The notes below the pieces were generated by a model. It did no database searches and had not been told where the DNA came from. It saw nothing but the letters and a program-made list of their open reading frames with translations. Below are positions 18,685-29,799 of a DNA stretch of 64,000 bases, piece after piece. The first letter of the stretch is position 1; each line of letters starts with the position of its first letter. Both the position numbers and the translations under genes were made by a program. Where the stretch lies: NCBI GenBank assembly GCA_977017575.1, contig CDRNVI010000070.1, forward strand, positions 1-64,000, written 5' to 3'. The stretch is from Paramoeba atlantica. Lineage: Eukaryota; Protista; Discosea.

Positions 18685-18948
18685 ATGACCGAGTTACTTC
18701 TTTCGTCACTTCGCAAGCGCATTACTGCCTACCTGAAAGGCGATCAGCAAGTTACTGGGACCCTGGTTGCCTTCGATGAATACTTTAATTTGTTGTTAAA
18801 AGAAGGAGAGGAAATCTCTTACACTCTACCTGATGAGACACATGGTGCTGCAAGCAATCACACTAAAGAACCAACCATTGAGACAGCTCGAAAAGATTTA
18901 CTATGGCTTAGAGGCGACGGAGTTCTTCTCATCACTTCTCATGGGTAG
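18685..18948 (+). CDS. Sm/LSm-fold protein (closest to LSm3 by motif)
   Basis: Sm1 motif GTLVAFDEYFNLLL and Sm2 motif LWLRGDGVLLI. Confidence 0.85.
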   Translation: MTELLLSSLRKRITAYLKGDQQVTGTLVAFDEYFNLLLKEGEEISYTLPDETHGAASNHTKEPTIETARKDLLWLRGDGVLLITSHG

Positions 18949-19022
18949 GAAAAGGGACATTAAATTTATACATGTATGATTTATGATTTATAAATCGAAA
19001 TCTGTTGTCACACTGTATGCAA

Positions 19023-19298
19023 CTGTGAACCTCCCAGTAATAGACCCCCCCAGTAATAGACCCCCCCCCAGTAACAGGGATTTGGCTCGGGAGGCTGGCT
19101 GGCTGAGGAGGCTGAGTGGGCGGGGGTGGCTGGACAGGTGAGGATGGCTGGTCGAGGTGAGGGTGGTTGGGAGGATGGGGATGGCTGAGCTGCGGAGTTG
19201 GCTGGGCATAAAGAAAAACACCCCCAAAAAAAGCATTCCCCCAAATAAAAGAGATTTTGTCCCGAAGCCGATTCTATCACTGAGGTGGGGGTATACGG
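19023..19298 (+). mobile_element. MITE family A, diverged full-length copy (276 bp)
   Basis: Three CCCCAGTAA subterminal repeats, GATTTGGCTCGGGAGG, and the end ...GGGGGTATACGG|TA. Confidence 0.75.
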
Positions 19299-19517
19299 TA
19301 ATTCCTCTAAAGGGCCTTATAAATCTTCTCCCGTCTACTTTGCCTTTCCTTAATTTCAATCACAAAAAAACCTCTACCTTTTCCTCCCTTTTTACCTCTC
19401 TCACCTCTTCATGTCTCACCCTCCACCACTATCCCCCCCTCTTCCCCCTCTCACTCTCCTCCCCCTCCCCCCCCTCCTTCCCCCATTTCAATCTTAACCC
19501 CCACCCCAGCCTCCCCC

Positions 19518-20102
19518 ATGCCACCCCCTCGCTTCCCTCCCTATCTCCTCTATCTCCTTATCCTCTCCCCCACCCCTCTGCTCTGTAGTGCTAACACTAC
19601 TACTCCTCCTAGCCCCCCTCCCCCCACCACGCTGTGTCTGTGTCACTGCTGTTACCTCGGGGACTGCTCCCCCGTGGGGTCGTTCCCCGTGACCCACTGC
19701 TCGCTCTGTACCCACCACGCCTGTGTGGGACTCATGGAGCGGGAACTCCAGCACTTCACACCGCTGTACCGAATGTGGGGGGAGGAGGAGAGTCATACGA
19801 CTCGTAATACGACTCGAAAGAGTCATACGCGTCGTAATACGACAAGTACTACGAATAATACGAGTAGTCCCACTCCCCGTATTACCGGGGAGTTACCCAA
19901 CATCTGTACCCTGGTGAATGGGTTCGAACGTAGGGTACGGGGACAGATGCCTCTGTACCGGGACACGACCTCCGTGCAGGCACGGTGCAGGTCCCGGAAT
20001 TGGGTGTTTGCGAAGGTAGCGGTGGTGGGTACGATGGTGATGGCAGGGGTGGGGGTGGTGGTGTCGGTGTATAGGGGGTGGGTGGTGTGGCGGGGGAAAT
20101 AG
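19518..20102 (+). CDS. Cys-rich predicted type I membrane protein
   Basis: Hydrophobic N-terminal signal-like stretch, CLCHCC/CSLC cysteines, and a C-terminal hydrophobic helix (VAVVGTMVMAGVGVVVSVY). Confidence 0.6.
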   Translation: MPPPRFPPYLLYLLILSPTPLLCSANTTTPPSPPPPTTLCLCHCCYLGDCSPVGSFPVTHCSLCTHHACVGLMERELQHFTPLYRMWGEEESHTTRNTTRKSHTRRNTTSTTNNTSSPTPRITGELPNICTLVNGFERRVRGQMPLYRDTTSVQARCRSRNWVFAKVAVVGTMVMAGVGVVVSVYRGWVVWRGK

Positions 20103-20301
20103 GGAATAAGGGAGGGGGACGGGTAGTGATAGCCTATGGGGTGATAGCATATAAACTAAGGGGTGAGGGGTTTTAGCGTAATAAATTGGAAAATGGTGGG
20201 TATTTGTTTTGACAATTTGGATTATGTATTCTTAGCAATTTTGTTTTTTTGATAGTTAATATTTTAATTATTATTTTGTTTCCTTCCAAGACATATTCAG
20301 A

Positions 20302-23300
20302 ATGCTGCGCCGTGCGTACAGGAATCTTTTTGTAACATGCTCGTTAACGATGCGATCTGGAGAACGTAAACTACCAAATATGAGAGAAACGTGTCCAGAA
20401 CTGGAGGCCTCATCGGCGACCCTAGAAAACAAGAAGTCAGTGGAGAAGTCTCAGGGAGCAACACGTGAGGTACCCTCTTCAACCGAATCCTCACCTAGCT
20501 GCGACACAGCAAAAGGCACCAAATCTGAACCTTCGAATAAAACAAAGGAGAGCTCCAAATTACCCTCCCGCACAAAAAATGTTGACACCCATAGCATTCG
20601 TTCCTCCAAAAGACTCAATCAGCCCACGCCCGGGCTGATTAAATCCTTAACCCACGTGCCACCCGCACACAGTTCTACCCTAAATGTGCTGCTGCGTCCC
20701 TCGAGCTCTTCACTCTTGAGTTCTGCGTCGAAAGAAAAGTCAAAAAGAATGCAGAATCTCAAAACAACAGAGGACGGGGCATGTGAACGGTCGCTTTCAC
20801 AGGCCTTGCATGTGCATTTTGAAAAGAGACTCCCGAGGCAAAGTCTAGCGCTTTACGCTAAAGCCATGGAGCACGGGGACCGAAGTAAGAATGCTGCGTT
20901 GAGAGCGCGAGTGTATATGAATTTTGCAAAGTGTATTGAGGATTGTGTGGAGCACTGCTCACTTCTGGGTGTGGTGGAACGTGAGTTGATGGATGAGTCA
21001 CTCCCTAAGTTACCATTCCTCCCAATGCTCAAACAGTTCGATTCTCCCGAAGTGGAGTCCTCCAAGCAGAATTCTTCCGGTATGCCTGTACTGAGTTTCG
21101 CCTTGGCTTGTAAGATCTACGAAAAGAGCGTTTCTTTTCTTACTTTGCCGGACAAGCCCTCCCGCGCAGTGCGTCTACAGTTGCGATTAGCTGAATGCTA
21201 CGAAAAAGCTCGCATGAAGGATAAGGCAAAAGATGCCGTCAAGGCTGCGGAAAAGAATTCGAATGTAGATTCGGTGCAGTTCGATGTAGGCTCCACTCGA
21301 TTGTCCAAATGGTGCTCGGACCTACTTTCCGTGTTCGTCTTCTTTTTTTGTGAGTCACGCGAGAAAGGAATTCAGTTATTACAGAAACTTGTAGAGCAAA
21401 ATTCCACCAATTCGCAAGTACTTTGGTACGGCAATCTTTTTCTTGCAAGGAAATGTATTCTGCACACCAAACGGTTTTACAAAGTCGCTGACGTGGCGTA
21501 TGATTCCCTGTTAAAAGTACGACCAGAAGCTTTTCTGGCGGGCCTGGAATATGCCCACTTTTTACAATACGCTCGTGAGAAACCTCTAGCCTCGGTCACG
21601 CAGTACTCACGCAGTATCTGTCACATGCGTCGCAACATGGAGTGGCCAGGCGTACGGGAGCATCTTCTCCCGGAGGCATTGTACAACATGGGACATGCGC
21701 ATCTCACAACTTTAGAGCCTGAGTTGTCTCATCCTGTTCTAACAGAAGCGATTTCGCTGATCACAAAAAACAAACCTCATGGAGGTGCTTGTGTCGGTCG
21801 AATTCAGCTCACACTCGCACGAGCACTCGAGGAGTGTAGAGACTCCAAAGGGGCAGCTGGGACGTATCAACTATTGGTGGAACAAGCCGACAAGGCCGTC
21901 GGAGGCATTTTACCACTGCAAATTGATGCCATGGGGCGAAGAAAGGATTTGAATGCGGCGGAAATTTATGGTCGATACGCTGCGTTTCTGTCCACCCAAG
22001 GTGATCATGAATTGGCGGAGACTTATTTTACCAAAGCATTGTCGTCCCCGTCGATTGATCTTCCGACAAAAATGGAATCCTTGGATGCTTTCATTCAGCT
22101 TTTGCGAGATATGGGAGAGGACGCGCGAGCGGCTGAGGCTGAGGACGAATTATTTGCTCTCGTACACCAACAAGGTGTTCGTCTTCCACTACGCTCCTGG
22201 GTACGTCGTCTGGACTTTCTCGAGGCCTCGAATCGACCCAACGAGGCAGAGGAGATCTACTCCTTTCTCATGGACTCGACCCATTCGCTAGGCGCGCAAG
22301 ACAACAATGAGATACTGCGACGTTACGCCGAGCACCTCCAGCTGAAAGGTAGGTTTGAGGAGGCCGCCACACGGTACAAAATGTGTCTCGAGCGTAATCC
22401 TTTAAATGTACACATGCTAGTGCAATACGCGTGGTGCATGTCACGCGTGCATCAACCCAACACTCTCATCCGCACAGCCTTCGAGGAAGCGATTCGCATT
22501 TATGAATCTCACCCCGATGCGAGTCGTTGGGACGGGTGTTTCACCTATGGCGAGTACGCTGTCTATTTACATGATACGGAGAAAGATCTCGTGCGTGCGG
22601 AGGAAATGTACAACAAAGCCGTGAGTAGCGTTGGAGCCTCCGAATCCGACAACTACGCACAAGTCTGCGCGAATTTAGCCATTCTCTATCACACCAATGG
22701 AAAGGCTGTGGAATCGAGCCACTGGTTCACGGCCTCCATTTCCACGACCGTCCCCCAGCATGGGGCCTGGCAACTTTTCCTCGACACGCTGATTCAGTCA
22801 CGTGCGATTGAGAAAGGATTTGCCACAGCGCAACGTATGCTTGAACTGTTTCCCTCTGAGGCCAGTGGGACGTATTTACGGATTGCTAAACTGCACGAGC
22901 TGAAGTCTCCATCCAGTGTGGAGGATGTTCTTTCCTCCTACTATCAAAGTATGTTACTTGGGTGTGCGGAGAAGGAAAAAGTGACTCTCGAGGAAATTTG
23001 CACCAAAACGAGTAACATCCACGCAGCTGCGGAGTACGCTGCTGTGTTAAACTACCGCATGCATCGTCACCAGGACGCTGCAATGTGTTACAGTATTCTA
23101 CGTCGTCGTATGCCCACGGACTCGAACATTGCGCTACACTACGGGCGAATGCTCTATGACCACGGGATTGATTTCGAAGGAGCGAGAGAGCAATTCAACA
23201 CCGTACTCGCTGCAGACCCGGGGAACCTTTTCGCGTTGGACTTTCTCTCGGATTACTATCAATCCCAAAAAGGGGATCTGGACGCTGCAGAGGATTGCCA

Positions 23301-24738
23301 CCTACAAGCGCTGCGGTTAGGGAGACGAGATCCACCACGGGCAGCGCACCAATATGCGTGCTTTGCCATGCAAAATGCTGAGCACACAAGCTTGCGTGGA
23401 CCCTACTACGAAAGCCTTTACCAGTCGTATCCCCAAGATGCCTCAGCCATGGGTGCGTATGCGATTTACATGCATCTAAAATTAGGACCCGATGATCTCC
23501 GCGTCGCCAAGTTAATGAATATACAGGAAAAAGTAGAAGAGGAGGAAGAGGAGGACGAGGCGGAATCCAAGGAGGCGGAGCCGAAAATGCCGAGCGAAAA
23601 GGAACTACGCGATCGAGTGACCAAAATTATTGCAGCAGTCAAAAAGGCGATGCGAAAAAACCGCTCGGTTAAGAGGAAGACGTCACCCAGCGGCAGTACG
23701 GAGACCTCAACATGGACAGCGGCTAAAATTAAGAAACTCACGAAGCAAACCATTGAAGCGATACAAAAATCAGAGAGCGAGCGATGTGCTGACACATCGC
23801 CTCGCCTCTCGGAGACATTGCCTCGGGTCTCTGTGACATATACGGAGCAGGAAATGTTCCACAGGGACCGGCTTAACTTAATTGATACGCTTTATCGCAA
23901 TGCGCTGGAACAAGAACCCTCCAACACCAATCATCTTCAGCATTATGCCTGTTTTCTGGCAACATGGCGACTAAATTTTCTCGGCGCGGCAGAAGTATTT
24001 TTTCGTTCACTTCGTCAAGATCCAAAAAACTTAAACTTGCTTCGACTGGTAGTTGCATTCCTCTTTCAATACGGCTACAATCATCAAAATCAGCTTTTCC
24101 TGTTTTACGCTGAGGCTCTTTTCAAGGAAATCTTTCAATTAGACGCTTCTAACGTAGATTGCTTGCTACTTTACGCGAACTACTTGAATTTAGTAAAACA
24201 CGACTCGAGTGGTGCTGAAAAGGTCCTGGCTTACGTCCACGGTATTATTCGGGCGCAACAACAATCACTAACCACAGGTACCTCTTCAGCAAAATTATTT
24301 TCTTCAGATTCTACGCTAGAACAACAACATCTAGGCCAGAGCGAATCTCCGGTACAAGGCTCTGATGCAAAAAAGAACGATGATGATACACCTACGGATC
24401 AAGCCGAGCCAATCAAACCGAGTCATCCAACCCCAAGTAATATCTCGAGCGCAGAAACTATGAAGGAAGATGTGCCTGCAAAAACTCATTGTCCTTCTGA
24501 TGCAAAGCTTGAGAATAATGAAGTATCAGAAAAGGAGAAAGCATCTGTACCTGAAGGAACTCTGAAGATCGGGAACACTAAAAAGGCACTTGATCAGAGT
24601 CCGTCGGAGAAGGATGTAGGAAATACTCGACCAATATCAGACGAAAAGAATGACAGGCGAACGACAGACAATGATCCCACAGAACGAAAAGAAAAGCCAT
24701 TAACTTGCCAACACAGAACTAAAAAAGGGAAGGATTAG
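20302..24738 (+). CDS. Large TPR/HAT-like helical repeat protein (1478 aa), possible mitochondrial presequence
   Basis: Many TPR-like units (AEEMYNKA, AREQFNTVLAADPGN, LYRNALEQEPSNTNHL). Starts MLRR, with a polypyrimidine tract and AG at 20289-20290. Confidence 0.85.
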   Translation: MLRRAYRNLFVTCSLTMRSGERKLPNMRETCPELEASSATLENKKSVEKSQGATREVPSSTESSPSCDTAKGTKSEPSNKTKESSKLPSRTKNVDTHSIRSSKRLNQPTPGLIKSLTHVPPAHSSTLNVLLRPSSSSLLSSASKEKSKRMQNLKTTEDGACERSLSQALHVHFEKRLPRQSLALYAKAMEHGDRSKNAALRARVYMNFAKCIEDCVEHCSLLGVVERELMDESLPKLPFLPMLKQFDSPEVESSKQNSSGMPVLSFALACKIYEKSVSFLTLPDKPSRAVRLQLRLAECYEKARMKDKAKDAVKAAEKNSNVDSVQFDVGSTRLSKWCSDLLSVFVFFFCESREKGIQLLQKLVEQNSTNSQVLWYGNLFLARKCILHTKRFYKVADVAYDSLLKVRPEAFLAGLEYAHFLQYAREKPLASVTQYSRSICHMRRNMEWPGVREHLLPEALYNMGHAHLTTLEPELSHPVLTEAISLITKNKPHGGACVGRIQLTLARALEECRDSKGAAGTYQLLVEQADKAVGGILPLQIDAMGRRKDLNAAEIYGRYAAFLSTQGDHELAETYFTKALSSPSIDLPTKMESLDAFIQLLRDMGEDARAAEAEDELFALVHQQGVRLPLRSWVRRLDFLEASNRPNEAEEIYSFLMDSTHSLGAQDNNEILRRYAEHLQLKGRFEEAATRYKMCLERNPLNVHMLVQYAWCMSRVHQPNTLIRTAFEEAIRIYESHPDASRWDGCFTYGEYAVYLHDTEKDLVRAEEMYNKAVSSVGASESDNYAQVCANLAILYHTNGKAVESSHWFTASISTTVPQHGAWQLFLDTLIQSRAIEKGFATAQRMLELFPSEASGTYLRIAKLHELKSPSSVEDVLSSYYQSMLLGCAEKEKVTLEEICTKTSNIHAAAEYAAVLNYRMHRHQDAAMCYSILRRRMPTDSNIALHYGRMLYDHGIDFEGAREQFNTVLAADPGNLFALDFLSDYYQSQKGDLDAAEDCHLQALRLGRRDPPRAAHQYACFAMQNAEHTSLRGPYYESLYQSYPQDASAMGAYAIYMHLKLGPDDLRVAKLMNIQEKVEEEEEEDEAESKEAEPKMPSEKELRDRVTKIIAAVKKAMRKNRSVKRKTSPSGSTETSTWTAAKIKKLTKQTIEAIQKSESERCADTSPRLSETLPRVSVTYTEQEMFHRDRLNLIDTLYRNALEQEPSNTNHLQHYACFLATWRLNFLGAAEVFFRSLRQDPKNLNLLRLVVAFLFQYGYNHQNQLFLFYAEALFKEIFQLDASNVDCLLLYANYLNLVKHDSSGAEKVLAYVHGIIRAQQQSLTTGTSSAKLFSSDSTLEQQHLGQSESPVQGSDAKKNDDDTPTDQAEPIKPSHPTPSNISSAETMKEDVPAKTHCPSDAKLENNEVSEKEKASVPEGTLKIGNTKKALDQSPSEKDVGNTRPISDEKNDRRTTDNDPTERKEKPLTCQHRTKKGKD

Positions 24739-24933
24739 ACGTTGAGAATATCAGCTTCCATAAATGTACATTCCATAAATGTATTGAGCACACAGATTCA
24801 TTTTTTCGGTTATTTTTTTTATTAATCGGGGTCTTACCCACTCACCTTCCCAGTAATATTGCTTTAGATACATACATTCTCAATTGTAGAAATTTATCTT
24901 TAGAACACATGTCACGCTCTCCACCACTGCAAA

Positions 24934-26970
24934 ATGACGTATAAGCCTTTTGCGTTACGTGACATTGCTCGCCAGTCACTGGTGCAAATGCTTTCGGAGG
25001 ATATCATTCCCATGGATCCCAAATCTCCCGAAACGAATTCTGATTCTTCCTTTATCCCCTCGGACACCATTCCTCACTGGAAAATTTTAATCCATGACCC
25101 TTTCACGCGTAACATTTTAGCCACGCTGCTGAAATTCCATGAACTTCAAGAGTTAGGGGTTACGCTGCATTTAGGGGTGCTAGCGAATCGTGAGCCTGTG
25201 GTTTGCTCCCCTGGTGTCTATTTTATTTTACCAACCGCAGACAATGTCCGGCGCATTGCGTGTGATATCAAAACTTCACTTTACGCCTCCTTTGATGTGA
25301 ATTTTAGTGGGTCGTGCACGACGGAGCTGTTGCAGCTGTTTGCGCAAGAACTTGCGGAAGGGGTTGATGTTCTCCCTCCCATACGTATCCGAGACTGGCC
25401 GTTATGTTTCGCTGCTCTGGAGAATGATTTCTTCTCTCTTGAGCACAAAGGATTTTACATGCAATCACATGTGCCCAAATTTACGACAAATACCCCAAAA
25501 AATGATCACCCGATCGACGACATCGTAGACAGTATTGCCGCCGTATCTCGTGCGCTTCGTCTGGCTCCTTATATCGCGGGGTCTCGAACGCCCTCGTGTC
25601 TAAGACTCGTTGAGGCCGTTAGCAACAAATTAAAGGAAGATTCTGAAAATAGCAAGGGGTTTCCCCGTGTAAGCTCTTTCATGGGGCAGCAACGCCCACT
25701 GCTGCTGCTGGTCGACCGTAACATGGACTTAATCACTCCACTACACACTCCGTTTAGCTATGGAGCATTGCTAGCGGATACAATGGAGATGCAACTAAAT
25801 AAAGTTGGAGTAGAAGAATCGAATCCTGCGTCTTCTGATCTTAAAACTACGCCAAATGTTTCCGACACCCAAAAGAAGAAAAAGACCATTTTTCTCGATG
25901 ACACGGACGAGTTTTGGAGAGAAAACTTTGCGAAAGACTTTAGCCAAGTTTGCGAGCGCGTGGAGAGTTCATTTTCACAGTTTTCAGCTCAGCGACAAAA
26001 ACTCACCCAGGAGGGAGCCGAGGAGCTTCCCGGATTAATGAGTCACGTGCCGAAACTTGCGGAACAAAAGCGGCATCTGGATTCCCACACCACGCTGTGT
26101 CACGCCATCGTAAGGCATGTACAGGACCGAGACCTTGACCGAGCCCATGCCATGGATAGACAACTGATGCGGGTAGCCTGGAGCCGTGGGGGTGGGTTGG
26201 AAAATATTGATTTTACGCTACTAAAAGACCTTATCCTGTCGAATACCTCAAAAAGGACATGGAAGGATCGTATGCGCACTTTACTGGTGTATGCCCTGTG
26301 TTTAGAACAGTATCAGATGTATCATAGGTTGGACGGCATTGAAGAGACGGATTGCGTAGAGGGGGACCATCTTGAGCAGTTTTGCAACGAACTCATGAAG
26401 CGGTTTCCAGAGCATACCACCGAGCCGAAACAAGTCTTGAGTCTTGTGCGTACCATGTGCACTGTGTACCTTGAAGGCTGCGGTCCAGACAAGCAAAATG
26501 ACACTGCAATAGAGGCTGGTAGATGGGAACAGAAGATATCGGACGTGGCTCGCAAGCTTGCGACATCTCTCACAGAGGATTCAAATTTGCTTTCCCCTCT
26601 TGTCGAATTGATAGAGGTCGTAATGTCGGAGTCGAGAACCACCCAAGAGGATTCCTCCCTGCTTCCCAACTTTCTTTCCTCAGGCGAGGATGTGCGTCAA
26701 AACCTTCTACGAGCATTGTGGTGTATTGACCCTTTTACGCATAATGCAATCGATATCGCGGAGCATACATTTTCCTCCTGTGTGGTCGTAGTAGTTGGTG
26801 GTTTAACCTATACTGAATACTATGACCTTGGACAATGGAAAATTCGACCAGAAAACCGGGGCAAGAATGTAATTGTAGGCGGCACCGAGTTCATTGCAGG
26901 ATGTCAATTTCTTGATCAACTAGTCGAGACTGCCCGTTTCACGGACAAAAATGAACTTACGAGACAGTAA
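24934..26970 (+). CDS. SLY1: Sec1/Munc18 family protein, Sly1-type
   Basis: WKILIHD...ELGVTLHL...VYFILPTADNV, RPLLLLVDRNMDLITPLHTPFSY, and VVGGLTYTEY...IVGGTE motifs. Confidence 0.9.
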   Translation: MTYKPFALRDIARQSLVQMLSEDIIPMDPKSPETNSDSSFIPSDTIPHWKILIHDPFTRNILATLLKFHELQELGVTLHLGVLANREPVVCSPGVYFILPTADNVRRIACDIKTSLYASFDVNFSGSCTTELLQLFAQELAEGVDVLPPIRIRDWPLCFAALENDFFSLEHKGFYMQSHVPKFTTNTPKNDHPIDDIVDSIAAVSRALRLAPYIAGSRTPSCLRLVEAVSNKLKEDSENSKGFPRVSSFMGQQRPLLLLVDRNMDLITPLHTPFSYGALLADTMEMQLNKVGVEESNPASSDLKTTPNVSDTQKKKKTIFLDDTDEFWRENFAKDFSQVCERVESSFSQFSAQRQKLTQEGAEELPGLMSHVPKLAEQKRHLDSHTTLCHAIVRHVQDRDLDRAHAMDRQLMRVAWSRGGGLENIDFTLLKDLILSNTSKRTWKDRMRTLLVYALCLEQYQMYHRLDGIEETDCVEGDHLEQFCNELMKRFPEHTTEPKQVLSLVRTMCTVYLEGCGPDKQNDTAIEAGRWEQKISDVARKLATSLTEDSNLLSPLVELIEVVMSESRTTQEDSSLLPNFLSSGEDVRQNLLRALWCIDPFTHNAIDIAEHTFSSCVVVVVGGLTYTEYYDLGQWKIRPENRGKNVIVGGTEFIAGCQFLDQLVETARFTDKNELTRQ

Positions 26971-27205
26971 ATAGTATTGTCGAATTGTTAAATTGTCCTT
27001 CAATACCTCGACCATGAAGACATTGAGCCATTGATTCGTATTGTATTCTGCGTAGCATGCTGATCCCATGTTCCCATACGGTTCCCCTTATTTTGGGCGT
27101 GCAACACAGGAGAGATTGCGGTTGTATGAATCGTGGTTTGTATACGTATGATAGTATCATACTTTTAAAGATAGAGTATTTTAAGATTTAACTAGCTTGC
27201 GCATA

Positions 27206-28782
27206 CAGGGGGGTTCACGAAAATATGGGGGGGGGTCAAAATTCTTATAACTCGGCCAATTTTGGAAAATAATAGCGCATTCGAGAGCTCTCGCAGTGTT
27301 ACGTGTCATGTGATATTACGTTTTACGTAGTTTCCAGGTATATGCATTCTCCTGAATACCGTAAATAGGGCAACTGCAAGTTTTTTTTCTGGTAAAAAAA
27401 AAGTTAGTATCCACAATTTCCACCTTTTTTCTCCAACACAATTTTCACACGCGTTGGAACACTCTTTAAAGTTCTGAAAAATACATCGTATTGCTCCCCC
27501 TTTAAATTTTCGACCCCAGAAGCGATCGCTCGTCTCAAATCTTCACGATTCGTTGGACAAAGCGCGTTTTTATGCTCGTCCATTATTCCCCAAATGTTTT
27601 CTATTGGATTTAAATCTGGGGATTTGGGTGGCCAACACAACATCTCATACTCCTTCATCAATAAAGGCACGACGAGTGCTATTGTGAATTGTACAATTAT
27701 CCATAGCAACGACTGCCCCCCCGATGTCTTCGTAAAAAAGATAAGAAACCGTTACGTTGTAGCATTGTTTTTTTGAAAAGGTCCCCATTCACTGAAATTT
27801 TATTACCCTGTTGATCTTTATTAGGGAATTCATGAAAAAAGAAACCGTGCTTAATGCTGACCCCCATCCACACCATAATACCATCACCTCCCAACCACTT
27901 TTCCCGCTCACCGGCGTGCTCCTTTCGGGGGTCTGAACGACGGCAAAGGTAGGTAATTTTGCGACTTCCCCCGCAAGTAAATTTTTTCTCGTCTGTCCAG
28001 ACGATAGCCTCAAGCTGAGCAGGGGTCCATGTTGCCAACTCCTGGCATAGCTCTACTCGTTTCCTTTTGTGCTCCTTTGTGAGTGCAGGGTTTCGGGGGA
28101 CTGTGCGGGATATGATACCCTCCTTCTTGAGGGAACGTATCAGAGCGCGACGGGAGCATCTGAAACCCTCTCCTACAAGATGGTTCAGAAGGTGACCCCA
28201 AGAAGCGATACCATAGGTTTCATTCCTTGTTGCTTGATCAATAAGATTGAGTGCTCGCTTCAACAGAGGGTCAGATATTACAGGAGATTGGCGAGTTTTA
28301 TAGGGAGACCTATCGACCTCACCAGTCTCTTCGTAACGCTGCACCCAACGCTTGACAGTGTCCTCGTGACACCTAAACGTCTTGGCAACAGCTGAAAAAG
28401 AATTAGTTTCCTCAAAGTTTTTAACCAAAAGTATCCTATGACATGCTTTAAGTAGCCCACGAGGCGAATAGCAAAATGTACTCCGTTTCTGCACCTTTTT
28501 ATTATTCGAATATGACCTTTTCTGGGGCATGGTAGTGTATTAGGATCAAAAAAGTCGATAAATTCACAAAAAAAAGTATTTTATTCAAAAAACTGCAGAA
28601 TTCTGCACTTTGAAAAAGCACAAATTTTTTAATTTTTTTAAAAAATTAAAAAATGCGGGAAACGCATTATCACATGACACGTAACTCTGCGAGAGCTCTC
28701 GAATGCGCTATTATTTTCCAAAATTGGCCAAGTTATAAGAATTTTAACCCCCCCCCCCCATATTTTCGTGCACCCCCCCCTG
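27206..28782 (-). mobile_element. Tc1-like DNA transposon, 1577 bp, ~100-bp TIRs, TA TSD
   Basis: TA|CAGGGGGGTTCACGAAAATATG...GAGAGCTCTCGCAG matches its inverse at about 28687-28782|TA. Confidence 0.93.
27404..28530 (-). pseudogene. Tc1-type DDE transposase with two frameshifts
   Basis: Paired-like HTH, WTDEKKF, IMVWMG, MDNCTIHN (in a third frame) and WPPKSPDLNPIENIW. The frameshifts lie at the C7 run near 27720 and near 27675. Confidence 0.88.
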
Positions 28783-28991
28783 TATGACGCTGACAGTTAC
28801 ATCCCTTATGCTGTTGATTATGATAGTTACATCCCTTATGCGGACAGTATTACTGCGTCGTTCCATTGCGTGGAATACTGCAAATACAGAAAACGTCAAT
28901 ACATTATTTTTCGGAATACTGTGGTGCAGTATTATATTGTAGTGCAGTACTACATACTCTTTGAATTTTAAACTAAGCCTTTTGTGCGCCC

Positions 28992-29798
28992 ATGTCGGCT
29001 CCCATCATTTCATTTACCCGCACTAGCGATAGCCCACTCGAATCCCGAACACGAGCAGCGAAACTAAACATTTCTCTGCTTCCTTTGGAAATGCAGCTCA
29101 TGCGATTTTTAGGGGATCAGGTTTGGAGCACCACACTACCGTCGTCCTGGAGTCGTGATCAGCCGGGGTGTACCTGGTCGAATGTCATTTGTGATTCACA
29201 CGGAGCTGTTATGGAGATGCGGTGGCGACATATGGGACTTTCCTGTGCCCCAGCGTGGCACGCATTGCCCTCTACAGTAAAACTTCTATTCCTGAACCTA
29301 AATGAGGTGCGAGGGAGTCTTCCAGCCGAGGAGCTGCCAAAAGATTTGCTAATCTTCGATCTAGGCGACAATTTGTGCGAAGGAATGATAAACTTCGAAA
29401 ATTTATCTTTGAATTTGCAAACTCTGGAGCTGCCCGCCAATGAGTTTACCGGAAAAATTGACACGACAGCGTTACCTGCCGACCTACGTTTATTAAATCT
29501 CTCGCAGAATATGTTTTACGGAACAATTGATTTTTGCACTTTACCCACTCATTTGCATACCCTTAAGCTTTTTGATAACAAATTGGAGGGTACTTTGGAT
29601 CTCTCAGAGCTTCCCAAAACCATGACACGTTTGTGGCTGCATAAAAACAATTTTCATGGCAGCATTGAAATGAAATCACTCCCCACCTCTGTTCGAGTTA
29701 TTCAAGTGCTACCTAACGAGCTCAATGTTGTGGAGTGCCCTGAGCGCTTCTGCAAGGTATTTAAAGAATACGTAATAAAGCCTTCAAAACATTTGTAA
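28992..29798 (+). CDS. Leucine-rich repeat protein, paralogue 2
   Basis: SWSRDQPGCTWSNVIC cap and about six LPxxLxxLxLxxNxFxGxxDxxxLP repeats. Shares the RTSD...RAA N-terminus with 14001-14645. Confidence 0.88.
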   Translation: MSAPIISFTRTSDSPLESRTRAAKLNISLLPLEMQLMRFLGDQVWSTTLPSSWSRDQPGCTWSNVICDSHGAVMEMRWRHMGLSCAPAWHALPSTVKLLFLNLNEVRGSLPAEELPKDLLIFDLGDNLCEGMINFENLSLNLQTLELPANEFTGKIDTTALPADLRLLNLSQNMFYGTIDFCTLPTHLHTLKLFDNKLEGTLDLSELPKTMTRLWLHKNNFHGSIEMKSLPTSVRVIQVLPNELNVVECPERFCKVFKEYVIKPSKHL

Positions 29799-29799
29799 G

